From assembly GCA_012295275.1 (NCBI GenBank), contig CM022671.1, forward strand, positions 18,538,001 through 18,602,000: a DNA stretch of 64,000 nucleotides. Reading direction: 5' to 3'. This stretch comes from Chrysomallon squamiferum. Its lineage: Eukaryota > Animalia > Mollusca. The position numbers were made by a program, and so were the translations under genes. Under the pieces are notes generated by a model that worked only from the letters and a program-made list of their open reading frames with translations, was not told the DNA's origin and did not search any database. Position 1 is the stretch's first letter. Each line of letters starts with the position of its first letter. Of this stretch, positions 25,301 through 38,964 are shown one piece after another.

Positions 25301-27416
25301 AAAATACTTTTTTAACAACTTACCCCAACTTTTTGTGTGTGCTAAAAACAGAAAAGTATATATAAGCAGAGATTAGTGGAAAATAATGCTGTGTTTCTGT
25401 GCTTCTGTGTTTATATATATATATATATGTTTCATAGAAACACAATATTATTATTCATTAATCTCTACAGATAAATACATTTTTACTCTATTTCATACTG
25501 TTCTTTATTACAAGATGTATTTATGATATATTTTGACATCACAACATGTAATATGTACTATGAATTGTATAAATATATTGCCATAAATTGAAATAAATGT
25601 ATATATGTTTTTGTGTGTGTGTGTGTAGACACCAATGCAAATTTTATATTAAACTGCATTCTCCAAAAGACCAGATAATTGGTATTTGTATTATTTAATT
25701 ATTTTGCAGGTCATACAGCAAATCATTTGTTGATGTTTTCTGCTCTATTGTTAAAATGAGTCCAGGTAATTATAAGGGGTCAAATATTCCATATCTGAAA
25801 TTACCCAGTAGTGGTTATATTTTGTAACTAAATAATCTATATCATCAGTGTTCACACCCCCACCCCAAAAACCCCCAACAAAATAATAATTTCTATTTCT
25901 TTTATTTTTTATTATTACCATATGCATTACTTATTTATTATTATTATTTTTTTTTTTTGCCAGTTCAGCCATTATTATTTCCAGAGACTATTAAAAATTA
26001 TTTGAAATTTATAGATATTATTAGTCTTATTTCTATTTTTAAATCCACTTAAATTTCTGTAGCTTTGTATTTATTTTGTATATTAGAGTAGCCCTGAGTA
26101 AGTTTCAGTATCTACGTGTTTCATTAGCTCTACAGTTTATTTTATTAGGTTCCACTAGTTTTTTGTTTCTTAGCTATCTATCATTTTTCAGTATGTTCCA
26201 CTAACTCTATATTCCATCTAATATGTTTCACTAGATTGGTGTCTTATTTTAATATTTTCCACTAGTTCTGTAATTTCTTTTAATGTTTCAATAGCTCTTT
26301 ATTCTTTTTTAATAATTCAGTATTTTGTTTTGATATATTTCATTAGAACTGGATCCTGTTTTATTATGTTACCTTGTGCTGGATTCTGTCTGTTTCACCA
26401 GTTCTGTATTCTTTTAAAATATATTTCAGTAGCTCTGTATTTTAATGTTTCATTAGCATGGTATCTAATATATTTTAATTTTCTGCATCTATTTTTATAT
26501 ATTTCACTAGTCTAATGTAGTTTATTGTTTCACTAGCTCTGTAATTTATTTTAACATGTTTTATAGCTTCCTAATTTAATTTAATGTTTTCTCTATAATT
26601 TATTTTAATATATTTCATTAGCTAGGTAATTTATTTTAATGTTATCCTAACTCTGGAATTTATTTTAATGTGCATCATTATCTGTCATATTTTATTGCTA
26701 GTTCTGTATCTTATTCTGATGTTGCTGTGTATTCTATTTGAATGTTATAGAGGGTGCTTTAAAGGCTGTGCTGTTTATTAAGAAGTTCTTCTCACCATTC
26801 TTCCTCATAACAGTCAGCATTCGACTTTACAGTATCCTCTTTATTGTGGACAGAATCACAAAGAACTTTTTCCAAGATCAGGTAGACTATAATCTAATTT
26901 TATTTATAGTGAGATAGTAAAGTTTATGGAGTTGTAGTTTTTAATTTTGTAATTGTTCTAAGCTGCACATTAAATCTGTACTAAATAAATAAGTTCATAT
27001 GGCATTGTTAGCTGATGCAACATATCAAAATGCAGGATCTAATATTTCAGCACATTTATTTATTTATTTTTAGTGTTTTTAACATTTTTATTAACTATTT
27101 GCAGGATGATCTCGACTTTTTAACAGATATAGATGAAGCAGAGTTATCTTACCTGTCACCATGGAAATCTCCACTGATTCTTAAAGTTGCTGTGATATTT
27201 ATGCTAACTCAATTAACCACTGTATACCTGTCTGAATGCAGTGGTCTGTTTCTCAACAAAGTGTCATGGTTGCCTTTTACAGGAACTGTTTGGCCAAGGG
27301 AAATAATTCTTGGTCGCTTGTTACAAATAGCTGCGGCTAACTGTTTCTATATGTGGAGGTTATATCGAGCAGACGACTGGACTTGGTCTGAATGGCTTAG
27401 TTTTGATGACAGATAA
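22363..27416 (+). CDS. Multi-pass (~10 TM) membrane protein, 388 aa, Ice2/SERINC-superfamily-like; exons 22363-22527, 22859-23086, 23978-24069, 24671-24738, 25150-25264, 25710-25765, 26751-26881, 27105-27416
   Basis: Eight exons with GT-AG introns and matching phases (0,0,2,1,2,1,0) give an open 1167-nt CDS with about ten hydrophobic segments. Motifs AEPLFLLAE, EGILSDAAF, SPFFLITVSIRLY and SPLILKVAVIFMLTQL parallel yeast Ice2p as recalled. The gene structure is high confidence and the family call moderate. Confidence 0.85.
24330..24720. repeat. Degenerate 63-79-bp tandem repeat running into exon 4 of the Ice2-like gene
   Basis: Motif tgtcatgttaac.....acaatat and variants at ~24411, 24479, 24542 and 24610, with a related copy inside the exon at ~24689. 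Confidence 0.6.
26050..26750. repeat. Degenerate ~32-bp minisatellite in intron 6 of the Ice2-like gene
   Basis: Many copies of tttca(c/t)tag(c/t)tctgtat....ttttaat up to the exon 7 acceptor. Confidence 0.75.
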
Positions 27417-29204
27417 TCTTTATTATTTTCATCTCGAAAATAAAAATAAATTATATTTAAAACAAAAAAAATAGAATAACCTTATGACTCGAGAATTTCT
27501 CAGTCCTAATAATTTATATGTAATTTTAGAATGAAGAGATTAGAATCTGTTCTGTTTTATTTTTTGTTCATACAGATAACACCTGGATATATCATTTCCA
27601 AACATATCAGTGAATTCTAAAAATGAAGCATAATAGTATTAAAATTTAAGTAATAATTATTCTCAAATATATTTCATGTAGATCATTAAATTGTGTACAG
27701 TATTTGTGTCAATGTGGAACAAATTTATAGGTGGTTGTGTATTTTATTTAAAATCAACATAGATAATCTATCATGCAGCTGTTTATCGATTTAAAGTTTA
27801 ATAAATTGAAGAAGAGAAATCATTATTTCTAAAATGAAGAATTGGGTGGAAATAGGTATGTTATATTTACAAATATCTTTGCAGACAATTTTATATGTAC
27901 TTTTATATTTTGTAATTGTTTATAATTACTGAACTATCAGCAGATAAAATATATTTTTTCTGTACTTAAGTGTTGTCTTTTACTTTTTTTCCCTCTGCAT
28001 TTGAGATTATAACATGCTTTAATTTATTTATTTTTTTACGAGAAATAACTTAACAAATTTATTACTATTTAACTCCAAAATTAAAATTAAATTCTATCAT
28101 GTAATTTCTTTTTAATAACAATATCAACTTTGTAGTTTAATTTTATTTTGTAAATAACTTCATAAATTTATTTTATTATTATTTGTTTACATATTTATTT
28201 TTTTATAATTTATTATTGTAAAGATATAAATAAATAAATAAACATTAACGATGTAAAGATATAAATAAATAAATAAACTTATGTTTATTGGGTGACATCA
28301 TAATGGACTTAACATTTATGTAGAAAAATTATCAAAGCAAATTTTTAGTGAAGAGGTTTCTATAAAAGAGAACTCCAATCCAAATATCAACAAAAAATAA
28401 TCAAACATAATAACATTTGTTTATTTGATGTCATAATAACACATGTCACTGAAACACTTTTGCATCATAGTGTTGCAGTGTTTTACTGGGTTTCTTCAAA
28501 CCTGCAATATGTAATGTGCTGAGTTAAAATAGTTCCCAGAAATGATAATGGAAAACCTTGTATCAAAAATTAACAGGAACTGGAATGGTGAGGGTATCGT
28601 GTATAGTTTTATTTTGTTTTCTTTGTGTTATCAGAGGAAATACATCAGCTCATCACACATGCAATAATGACAACTCCAGTTGCAATGTGGGTAAAATGGC
28701 AACATTCTAATATTTTTAACTTGTATTATTTTATTGTCATACTTTACCATTAATGATGATAAATCACCCAAAACAATAAAATAATAACTTGGAAGTATCA
28801 ATAATGTTATTAGATCATTTAAATGTACAAACCACAAAGCATTTCATCTTCATTTCAATAAAACAAAATTTTTAATTCATCACATCAATGACAAATGCTC
28901 TGTTATGTAATGGAGATCCTGTTTATAAAATCTAAGTGGTGGAAGCATTTTTCACAAAGGGAAAATATGTGTTGTTTTTCCTAATTGTAATAAGTACACA
29001 TGAACTAAGAACTAAAACAGCCCCAAAATACCAGAATTATTCTACAGCTAATCCAAGTCTTATATTAGCAAAACAGTTCACCTTCAAATGATCTGCTTCA
29101 GACAACTAGCAAGTTCCTGCTGTTTCAAATAATGAATTTAAAAAATATAAAATGACACATATTTTAAAAGATATCTTTTATTTAACATTTATTTACAATA
29201 AGTA

Positions 29205-29990
29205 TCATCTGTGAGTATTTCTTTTCTTTTCTTTTCTTATTTTTATTAAGCCAAATTTAATGTCTTTCTCCCATTTTTTTCTATACATGGCATACAATTT
29301 CATCGCAGCCTGTGAATCTTGAACCTATAATAAAAGAATGAAATCATTATTTTGCATTTATAATCAAATTCTCCCAGTCAAACTGCTTCTGATCATCTTA
29401 AAAAAATAAAAAAAAAAAAAAAAAATAAAATAAAAAACGAACAAACAAAATAGTGATGTTAAAATGCTGTGCTTAAAAAAAAACCCCAAAACAACTAATA
29501 TGTATAATAACTGGGTTTTCTCTGTTATGTATCACCATTATAGTTTATATAAAAACAATATCACTGATATAAAGTAGCCATCTATATCAGAATAAAATTA
29601 GATGCCAATACACTAAAATGCATTAATTTACTACAGTGTATTTGTAATTCACAAAGAATAACTTGTAAAACTCACAGAGTCATGTTCACCAGCCTGTACA
29701 CTAACTCCTAGCAGTTTTTGTGTAAGTTTTTTCAGTGATGGAGTTTTCCCTCCAAATAACTGTCGAAATGGTTTATATGTAGAAGTGTCCCGTATCATTT
29801 TCCTTGGATGATCCAGAAAGAGCACCTATTTGTTAAAAAAAAAAGATTAAAAAAAGAAAGATAAAAAAAGAGAATGGAAATTAGCATCAAAGTGATTAAA
29901 TGTGATACATAATCACCTAACAGTAAATTGAACTAACAGAAAGTTCCCAATTTATTACTGTGAAAGGTTAAACTTTGTGAAAGTAATAAA

Positions 29991-30035
<45 letters not shown>

Positions 30036-30051
30036 AAACAATAAATAATAA

Positions 30052-30111
<60 letters not shown>

Positions 30112-33003
30112 TAATTATACTGAAATTAAAAAGACCTTTATCACACTACCTTCAAATCATTGGATAAAGCATGACCCACAAGCATCCTTCCTTTCATAAT
30201 ATTACAGACATCTTTCTGTACAACACTGAAATCTTCCGCTGTCATAAATAAATTAGTGTCAGTTTAAAATGCATAGTTGGTGAAATACAGTTTCACAAGC
30301 TTTTGAAACTTAGAGTTTTGGCTTCAAATTATGCACTGTACTGTAATACTGTGGAAAATGTTTTGAAAGATATGTTTTATATACAGCATAAGAACATTTA
30401 AAATATAATTTAATGTATTTTGAACATGTCCCAATCTGTTTGATCAACGAGTTACCTCCCTTTACAGTTAATTTAAAAGTTAGCATTTACTAAAACAGTT
30501 TGCCAAGTAATGACATTACGTTAACATAAAACAAATATCTTTCTGGATTTCAGTTTAAAAATAAAATCCCAAAATGTAAACCACTGAACTTTTTCTGAGA
30601 GAAAAAATTAGATACTTTTTTCTGTCTCAAACTGAAAATGACCAGAAAATAAAGTAAAACAAATAATTACATGAAATATTTATTTAGCATTCAACCTCTA
30701 GTCTTTCATTCAGCTGTATCCATCAAAGGCACTTTCGTTTTTTTCTTCTTTTACTACATACAAGAAAATAAGCTAAAAGTGAAACCAAGGACTATTATTC
30801 ATATAATGTGCTGTTAAACTGTAACTTACCATTAACCAAATGTTCTGGAGTCACTCCACTGACAAATGTCCTGTAATCAACAACATCTTCTTGTGGTTTC
30901 ACGTACTTGTCATAAACACAGTTGCCGTACTGGTTCACTATGGAAACTCTTGCCAGTATGCTCTCTTTTCCCTCTTCTCCCACTCCCACCATCTCGCAAT
31001 CCATAGCCACTGCTTTTGTTAAACTACATTTTAACAAACAAATTCAATATAAAATGTAATGGATCTAAAACTCATTAACCATCAACAGCATAAAATCAAC
31101 ATAAAATTAGTCCTGCTCAACACTTTCTGACTATCAAGTGAATTTTATTGGCAAACATTTCAATCTGTTAACATCTGTACTTAATAAAGTTTTCAATTTA
31201 ATTTTGTAAAATGATTTACATCTACAGATATCACATTTGCATTGTTACTACAATATAACATTTAATAAATACATGTAGAAAAAAAAAAAAAATAATAATC
31301 TAAATTACATTTTAATTATTAGTGTATTTTTATTATAATAAACAAGAAAATGAAATTCATCATTTAACAAAATTTTAATTGTTTTTTCTTTAAGATTCTT
31401 AATATGATTTAGATATGAAGCAAAGAAACAAACAATACCCTGAAAATGTGCCAAGCTTCACAAGGGGATTTCCCTTTTCTTCTGAAGCTTTCTTTTCCTG
31501 CAGTCCTTCAACAAGAATCTCATCAACATCATCAAACCAAATGTCTGGTCTTTAAAAATTAAATACACAAATAAATTATATGTTTTTATCAGATGCATAA
31601 ATATATGGTTCTAAGTATTAAATGTAAGTACTTTTTTAAAATGATATTCAAAAAGAAATTTAAAAATGGTTTATTTTTAATTTTAATTTTTTATTAATTT
31701 ATTTTAATTTGATAAAAAATTTATAAGATATAAAAGTGAAATTTTTGTTTCTTTCTGCAGAAAAACTTTATTAAGTCCAAATATTCAAATATTCATAAAT
31801 GAACAATATTAATTTACATTAAACATGTGTACCTGGATATAAATATACTATGTATTCTGATTTTTGTTTTTAATTTCACTTTTTAATATGTTTATAAATG
31901 TTTTATTAACTCAAAGAAGTGAAATTGAACACAAAATTTAGGATACATAGTACATTTATATCCAGATAAGGTATTAGTTTCACAGTAAGTTATAACATTT
32001 AAATTATAACCTGGTTAACAAAAACATAAAACTACAATTAATTATTCAAAAATTCACACACTTCTGTTTTTGTTCAGTTGATTCAGTTTTTGAAGTTTTT
32101 ATATTTTCGGATGCAAATTTTTCCCTTTTGTTGATAAAATATTTTTTCTTTTTGTGTCCACCATCTTTAGCATCTTCAGAAGATAGCTTTCGTTTTCTGG
32201 TGACATTTTCTTCTTTGTTTTTCAGAAGGAGCTTAAAAAATGATTAAGCTAAAGATGACTCAACAAGTATTTTGTTTTCATTATCTTAATAACCAAACAA
32301 TAATACACAAGGATTCAAATCTTTTCTGTGTCTCTAATTTATCATAAGATGGATAAATTAATATTTAATATTTTAAATATAAAAATAAATATCTGACATT
32401 GTTATAAAATATTATATATATTATAATTAAATTAATTTTTAATATTAAAAAAAAGAACAAAAGAACAGATTGTATTGATATATTCTGGTACTCAAAAGAA
32501 TAATTAAAAAAGCCAATACCTCCAATTTTTGCATTGTTGTATCACAAACCACTGCAATCATTAAATGGAAAAATGTATATTAATCATTACCTGTTGAAAA
32601 TTCATCCAATTTGAAGAAACATTCTCAAAAATGTCTTTCTTTAATTTATTCTTATCATTTTTCTTCTTTTTTCTGAAATGTTTGCCATTTTTTTTATCTT
32701 CTTGATGCTTTTCAGAACTGTTTTGCTTTTGACACTTTGCTAAACTTTCTCCATCAGAATCTTTCCTTTTATCTGACAGAATGTTTGAATCACACTGATC
32801 ATTTGTCACATTTTTTTAACCTGCTGACTAGGAATATTTGGTTTTGTATTAATGCTTTTAGCAGAGTCTGATTTATTATTTATTTCACTGTGGTTCTTAG
32901 AATTTTGCATCTGGTTCCGATGCAGACGTCTCCTTTTCCACCTACTGATTTTACTTTCTGATTTTGAAGTTTTAGTGGTCTTATCTTTTTTGTTTTTAGC
33001 CAT
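29205..33003 (-). CDS. REXO4: RNA exonuclease 4 (DEDDh family); coding exons 32591-33003 (apparent 1-nt frameshift at 32811-32817), 32062-32231, 31439-31549, 30830-31023, 30150-30238, 29676-29825, 29205-29324
   Basis: Lys-rich N-terminus, then [71 protein letters not shown] and [16 protein letters not shown], all REXO4 motifs. Introns are GT-AG with consistent phases, and AATAAA follows the stop. Confidence 0.95.
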
Positions 33004-34088
33004 GTGAACTATTGATATATTTTCCTTTTCAATTTTGAATTTTATTATTTACAAATAATCTTTCATTCATCTCCCATGAAATTCTTATATTTTGCTTATT
33101 CTGAGGTATGGAATATGTGATTAAACAAGTATATAAAAACTGTTTTGAAAATTAGTTTATATACCCTCCTTCCTTATTTAAAGTCATCAATGTCATCAGT
33201 ATATTCTATGCTTATTTGGTGTTTTTCTGAAAAATAAAATTTAGTATTAATAATACTAGTACTATTACTTATAAACCTACTTCTATTACCACTAAAAAAC
33301 CAGAAAAAAAAAAAAAAAAAAGAAAAAAAACAAAACCCAGAAGGAAACAAGAACCTTAATTTTAGTGCTAATTAATCATATTCATCTGTTGCTATCTGTT
33401 GATACATTTATGCTAACAAAAGTAATAATTGATTATGCTGTAGTTATGTATGGTTTCACACAAATAAGACTGCTAAACTGGTCTATTATCCATTCACTTT
33501 TAATTTTTTTTTAACAATCACTGAGATCTGTGTGATTCTTTACACTAAATTTAAAAATCATTTAGTTTAAATAGTTATGTATTAAACTAACTGAAGAAAC
33601 GCTAGCACTAGCATTTAAAATTTGGTATAGTTTTATACGAAATTAAACTTTGCATTAAATTTAACATGAAACTGATTTATGATACAATATATACACAAGC
33701 ATATGCCTGACTGAATGGACATAAACCCAAAATATAAACAAAAGTGAAAATACTAACTAGGTTACTAGTCCGTAGTTGTTTAACAAGAAAATCTAAACAT
33801 TTTTTAAAAACAACCTCATTTAATCAGTGTTAAACAGCTACATATTAAAAATGATAATATTGTTATCACTTAATGAAGTACCATTTCATTGGGATTTCGA
33901 TAGCAGCAACACATAACTTTTTATCTCTTAGCGCACGTGTGCAAGAAGACAGACATATTACAAGGGAAATAACTCCATCCATGTGCGATAAATGTGCTGG
34001 AAAAAAGAATAATAACAACATACAAAATCGAAACGGCGCACTCACTTCTATTTAATAAGACAAATAATGTATTTCTTACAGACGAGAA

Positions 34089-34130
<42 letters not shown>

Positions 34131-34167
34131 TATCTATATATCAATAGTATATCTATCTATCTATCTA

Positions 34168-34214
<47 letters not shown>

Positions 34215-34379
34215 GGCCTTAACTTAACTTTTTTTGTTATGAGGCAAAAACATTTAATCATTCTAAAACAGTAAATGGGAGAAATAACAAAAACACACAC
34301 ACACATGCACACAGTGACACATCTATGTGTCAGTCGTAAATATTGAGATTCTTTTTTTAGTTAAAAATTACTGTAGTAT

Positions 34380-34701
34380 AATGAAACTCACCCATTCTTC
34401 CTTTGATTTAATCTGTCCAGAATATATACGTTTCATGCACTTAACAGTATATTATACACAAAAGTTTTGATTCGTCAATGATAAACGTTCATTTGATATT
34501 TTATTTTCATTACTACATTCCTGTATCTTTCATCTATTCGTTTTCTTCTGCTCATCATAATATTAGATTTAATTTTTATCAAATAAAAAGAACACGAAAT
34601 GAAAATGAATATGTTTGTCACGCAAATAGCGACTTGAAGAATCATAATTGCATTCCTCACAATGCCAGTGTGATATAGTTGCTCGGCTGTCTTAACCTAC
34701 T
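34380..34701. promoter_or_regulatory. Probable bidirectional promoter between REXO4 (non-coding first exon) and the CYYR1-like gene
   Basis: A minus-strand donor TGG|gtgagt at ~34391 could pair with the acceptor ttttcag at ~33227 upstream of the REXO4 ATG. The plus-strand ATG is at 34702, about 310 bp away, and CpGs reappear here. Confidence 0.45.
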
Positions 34702-35281
34702 ATGGTGCGAATTGTAAGCGGTGTTTTGATTTTAACACTTATCTATGAAGGTATATGCTTATATAATTAGTTACTTTGATTTTTAATTATTAATTTGAAA
34801 GATCCACAATTTGGTAAAACTTTAATATCAAGACAATCGTTAAAACAATAATTTAGATCTTAGAGTTAATTATTTTTCAATTGTTAGGTTTCTGCGTCTA
34901 GCTATCCGTCATTCTGTCCACACCTCTCTTTTAATTACCAATGTTTTTAGATTGTTACTGTTGTTGTTTCAGCTGAATCACTTGATTGCAACTTTGGATA
35001 CAAAAATTTGAAATGCAGCAATGGATGTTGCTGGACACACGGAAATATTTACTGCTGTTCTGCTCCTGCGCCAGCCAACACAACAACGTTCACTCCGTCG
35101 TAAAAAAAAAAAATTATTACTTTATTTTGTTTTGCTGTTTGATTTTGTCATCATTTCTTACTTTGTTTTATACTCTAACAGAAAGCAAACACAACATGAA
35201 CAGATGTGGACATTATTAACAAATTTGGTTATATTAGTTAAACATTTTAAAGGTCTGTCGAGCTCTCTCTCTCTGCCTCTT

Positions 35282-35370
<89 letters not shown>

Positions 35371-35425
35371 ATTTGTACATATATACCTTTTTTATATCAG
35401 TAACTTTCATCATCATTTAAAAAAA

Positions 35426-35482
<57 letters not shown>

Positions 35483-36212
35483 TACAGAGGCTTGGCCATA
35501 ACTCTTATCATCATTGGTGGGCTATTTATAGTAACCGGCATCCTGCTGCTGATGTGGACGCTGTACAGGTACAGACTACGACTGCAGGTGAAACCCGGAA
35601 TACCTAGACAACCAGATGAATTTCACATGAACATGATCAGTACAGGTAAGTCCAAGTAAAAAATAAAATGTTTTTTTTCACGAATAATATTTGAAAAGTT
35701 GACGTGAATCACTTTCTACAATTAACTCAGAATATATGGTATGCAGTGTGTTATGTGCTTAATGAAAACATATCTGTCGTCTGCTTCTTTTGTTCTTCAT
35801 GTAACAGTTAAATTATAATGAAATCAGTAAAAGCAATTCTATTATTCAGTTTTAAAAAGCATACTCTATGTTGATCATCCATTAGGGTTCAAGAGAGGTT
35901 TTATTAAAAATACATTAATTGATACCAGGAGGGCAAATTCTTTCTCCATATTAACTTTTATATTAATTTTTTTTAGTTATAGAAGTTAGATATGCATTTG
36001 ACTGGAAGCTTAACGTACATGTATAATAGAAAATGAACTTTTGTTTTCGTAATATAATCTCTCTGCCTCTCTGTCACATAATTTATAAAAACAAATATAC
36101 TTCACCATAAAGAAAGATAATTAATTACTTCCTTACTGTCATGTAACGTAGATGTGTTTCAATTTAAGAATAAGATTGAATGCTTGTTTAACATTCTTTC
36201 TTATGTAAAATG

Positions 36213-36250
<38 letters not shown>

Positions 36251-37460
36251 GTCGGTTGTGATTTTCTAGTGTCATTTTCGCATGTTAACTTCACACTAAC
36301 ATTTTTTAGAAGGTATTAACACTAAAGCGATCTTAATGAATATGGCAAATGGACTAATCAGATTGAGGCACTGTAACTTCCATTTGTCAAACTGCTTTGA
36401 TAGATGTGAAACTTTAGTGTCTTGAAAATAGTCAATTAAAACTCGGAATAAGTGTAAGTAAAATTCGAGATCGTTTTGTCGTATATGTAAACATGATTAA
36501 GAAAAATGTTTTTAGATTATTTTAGCAGAAATGCAACGCGCTCAAATTTACAGTTTCAGAAAACTTTCGAAAAGATTCATAATACATACTTTAATTAACA
36601 TTTGTTACAAAAGAATCACAAAGTGGTATGTAAGTTAATGTTATAAACAGTTTTAATGAATACTTAAAAAAAAAAAACCACCAATAAAACAAAGAAAACA
36701 ACAACAACAAAGTAAAAAATAAAAATAAATTATCTGACATCTTATTTACAATTTTTGAAATCTTTAACTTTAACCTTTATGCTTCATAGTGAATGTTTCT
36801 TCTACTTTTCATCTAATTTATTTATTTATTTAAAACGAAGAAATAAATGTAATAGTAATAAGTTATTTAAAGAAAATCTACCACAGTAGGGGCTTGCTTA
36901 TAACTGCCATTCACATTCCTTACGTTTTGAACTAATTTCAGTTGAATTCAGATTCTGAAAGCCATTACATTTAGTCTTATTAACTCAAAATAAAGGAAAT
37001 ATAATATGATAATTCAATTTTATAAGCTTTCTCTCTCTCTCTCTGTCTGTCTTTAGCGTACATACACACACACGAGCTCATACAATAACTGAGTCGCCAG
37101 TATTATACACTTAAACTTTCATTTCCATTTCATTTCCTGTATTCACAGAATGTAGGTTTAATTTTTATTGTTAGAGGAAACAGGCGCACTCCTAGATTTC
37201 ATCCTGTCAGTGTCCTCTTCAGTCACAACAATAGATAACTTTAAACGCTCATTTCCGACTTTGTAAAGAATTTGTTTACATTTTTTGAGTATTATAAAAA
37301 TAATAAAGCATATAAACATAGCCAAAAAAACAACAACAAAAAAAAAACAACAAAAAAACAACCAGAAAAAATCTCCATCAAATCAACAGAACATAGCCAA
37401 AAAACAAACAACATATAAATAAATATGAAGAAGAAAAAGAATCTCACAATTCCCTCCCAC

Positions 37461-37519
<59 letters not shown>

Positions 37520-37685
37520 CTCCAAACAAAACTACTGAAAAATAAACATGATTAGAAAGGTAATATTAACTGTACTGCGATGTTCTATTTTTTAAGGTAA
37601 TCATAATTTGGAGGCGCTGTTTGGATCACCTCCCCTGTATTCACCGAGAATATTAAATCAACAGTTACCAGAGATCTCGACATAA
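34702..37685 (+). CDS. CYYR1/Shisa/WBP1-like single-pass membrane protein, ~140 aa; exons 34702-34750, 34973-35099, 35488-35645, 37597-37685
   Basis: Spliced product: signal peptide MVRIVSGVLILTLIYEAES, six-Cys ectodomain C-x8-C-x3-CC-x7-CC (CNFGYKNLKCSNGCCWTHGNIYCC), TM GLAITLIIIGGLFIVTGILLLMWTLY, basic juxtamembrane RYRLR, and tail GSPPLYSP (PPxY). Phases 1, 2, 1 are consistent; the last exon is the least certain. Confidence 0.8.
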
Positions 37686-38249
37686 AATCAAGAAAAAGGG
37701 AAGAAACTGTTACAACATTTAGCAAATTTCGGAGATATATGCATAATATTTATATATGTGTTGGTTGTAATAATTTTTTTTTTTTTTTTTTTATAACTGT
37801 TAATACTATGAATAATACAACAATTTAACCACAGTATCTGTTTTTTTTATAGCACAAATCACAAATAAACGTGTACGTGCAAATTCCGAAAATAACGTCT
37901 ACACGTAAATCACGAATATACATCGTTTACAACGAAATTACTCCAACAGCGTCGGTTTCAAGATATCCCCCATCATATTCTCTAAAACTGTCCCGGATTG
38001 CCGTTTTTATTATATATGAACTATAATACGTACACATTCACATACATTTATTATAACAAACACCTTTTTTTTCTTTTTTTAAAATAAACCAGTTTTATTG
38101 TGAAGTCGGCAGTAGAAAAGCAGTATTATTCATCTGAAGTAAATAGACGTATAATTATAAATAATATTGCACTCAAGATTGAAGACACAAAAATTTACAT
38201 CATAAAACTGTGAATAAGACAATAATAAATATATTCCACTTATATATAA

Positions 38250-38296
38250 GTATATGTATGTGTGTAGGCATGTATGAATGTATGTATGTATCTATG

Positions 38297-38330
<34 letters not shown>

Positions 38331-38372
38331 TGTATGTATGTATGTATGTATGTATGTATGTATGTATGTATG
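38250..38372. repeat. (TATG)n microsatellite
   Basis: Direct inspection. Confidence 0.95.
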
Positions 38373-38964
38373 CGCGAGTTTGGACATGTATGTTTGCTTT
38401 TAGTTTTGCTATATGGAAACCAGATCAGTATTCCAAAATATAGTTCATTTTGATGACATAATATTTGTTTTCACAACAAAACAGAAATAGAACGATGATT
38501 TTGAATCAACTATAGATCTCTAACTACAATATTACTTGACACTGTTTTCGTTTAAAGAATTAGTCAATCATCTAATCAGAAAAACTAAATACAGACAGAG
38601 AAGAAAAAGAAATAATTACGATTTACGAATATGTACAGAATGTAACTAAAACAGATAAACAACAATAATAACTTAATAAAATTTTTCACATTTTAAAAAA
38701 TAGTATTCATTCATTTATATTATGGCTGGCTGAATATTGTATTGCACTCATACACATGAAATGATTTTGGAACATGCGTTAAAAAATAATCCTACATATT
38801 TTTCTTTCCTTCCTTTTAAATTTTTTTATTAATTGATATTTTCTTTGTAAGTATTGTTATATAGCTTGCACCATCACCAGTTTATTCAGTAGCAGGTTTC
38901 AAATGAATAGATTTAAAATTCAGTGCGATTAATATTTTCTAAAACCAGAAAAACATCATTCCAG

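Noticed and set aside
32795-32820. XBP1-like IRE1-type 26-nt intron in REXO4
   Set aside because: Only the length matches; the IRE1 CNGCNG stem-loops are not evident at both ends, and a homopolymer indel is far simpler.
35021-35659. 212-aa ORF, the longest in the track
   Set aside because: It is chimeric: a wrong frame of exon 2, a read-through of a microsatellite intron, then the true TM exon of the CYYR1-like gene.
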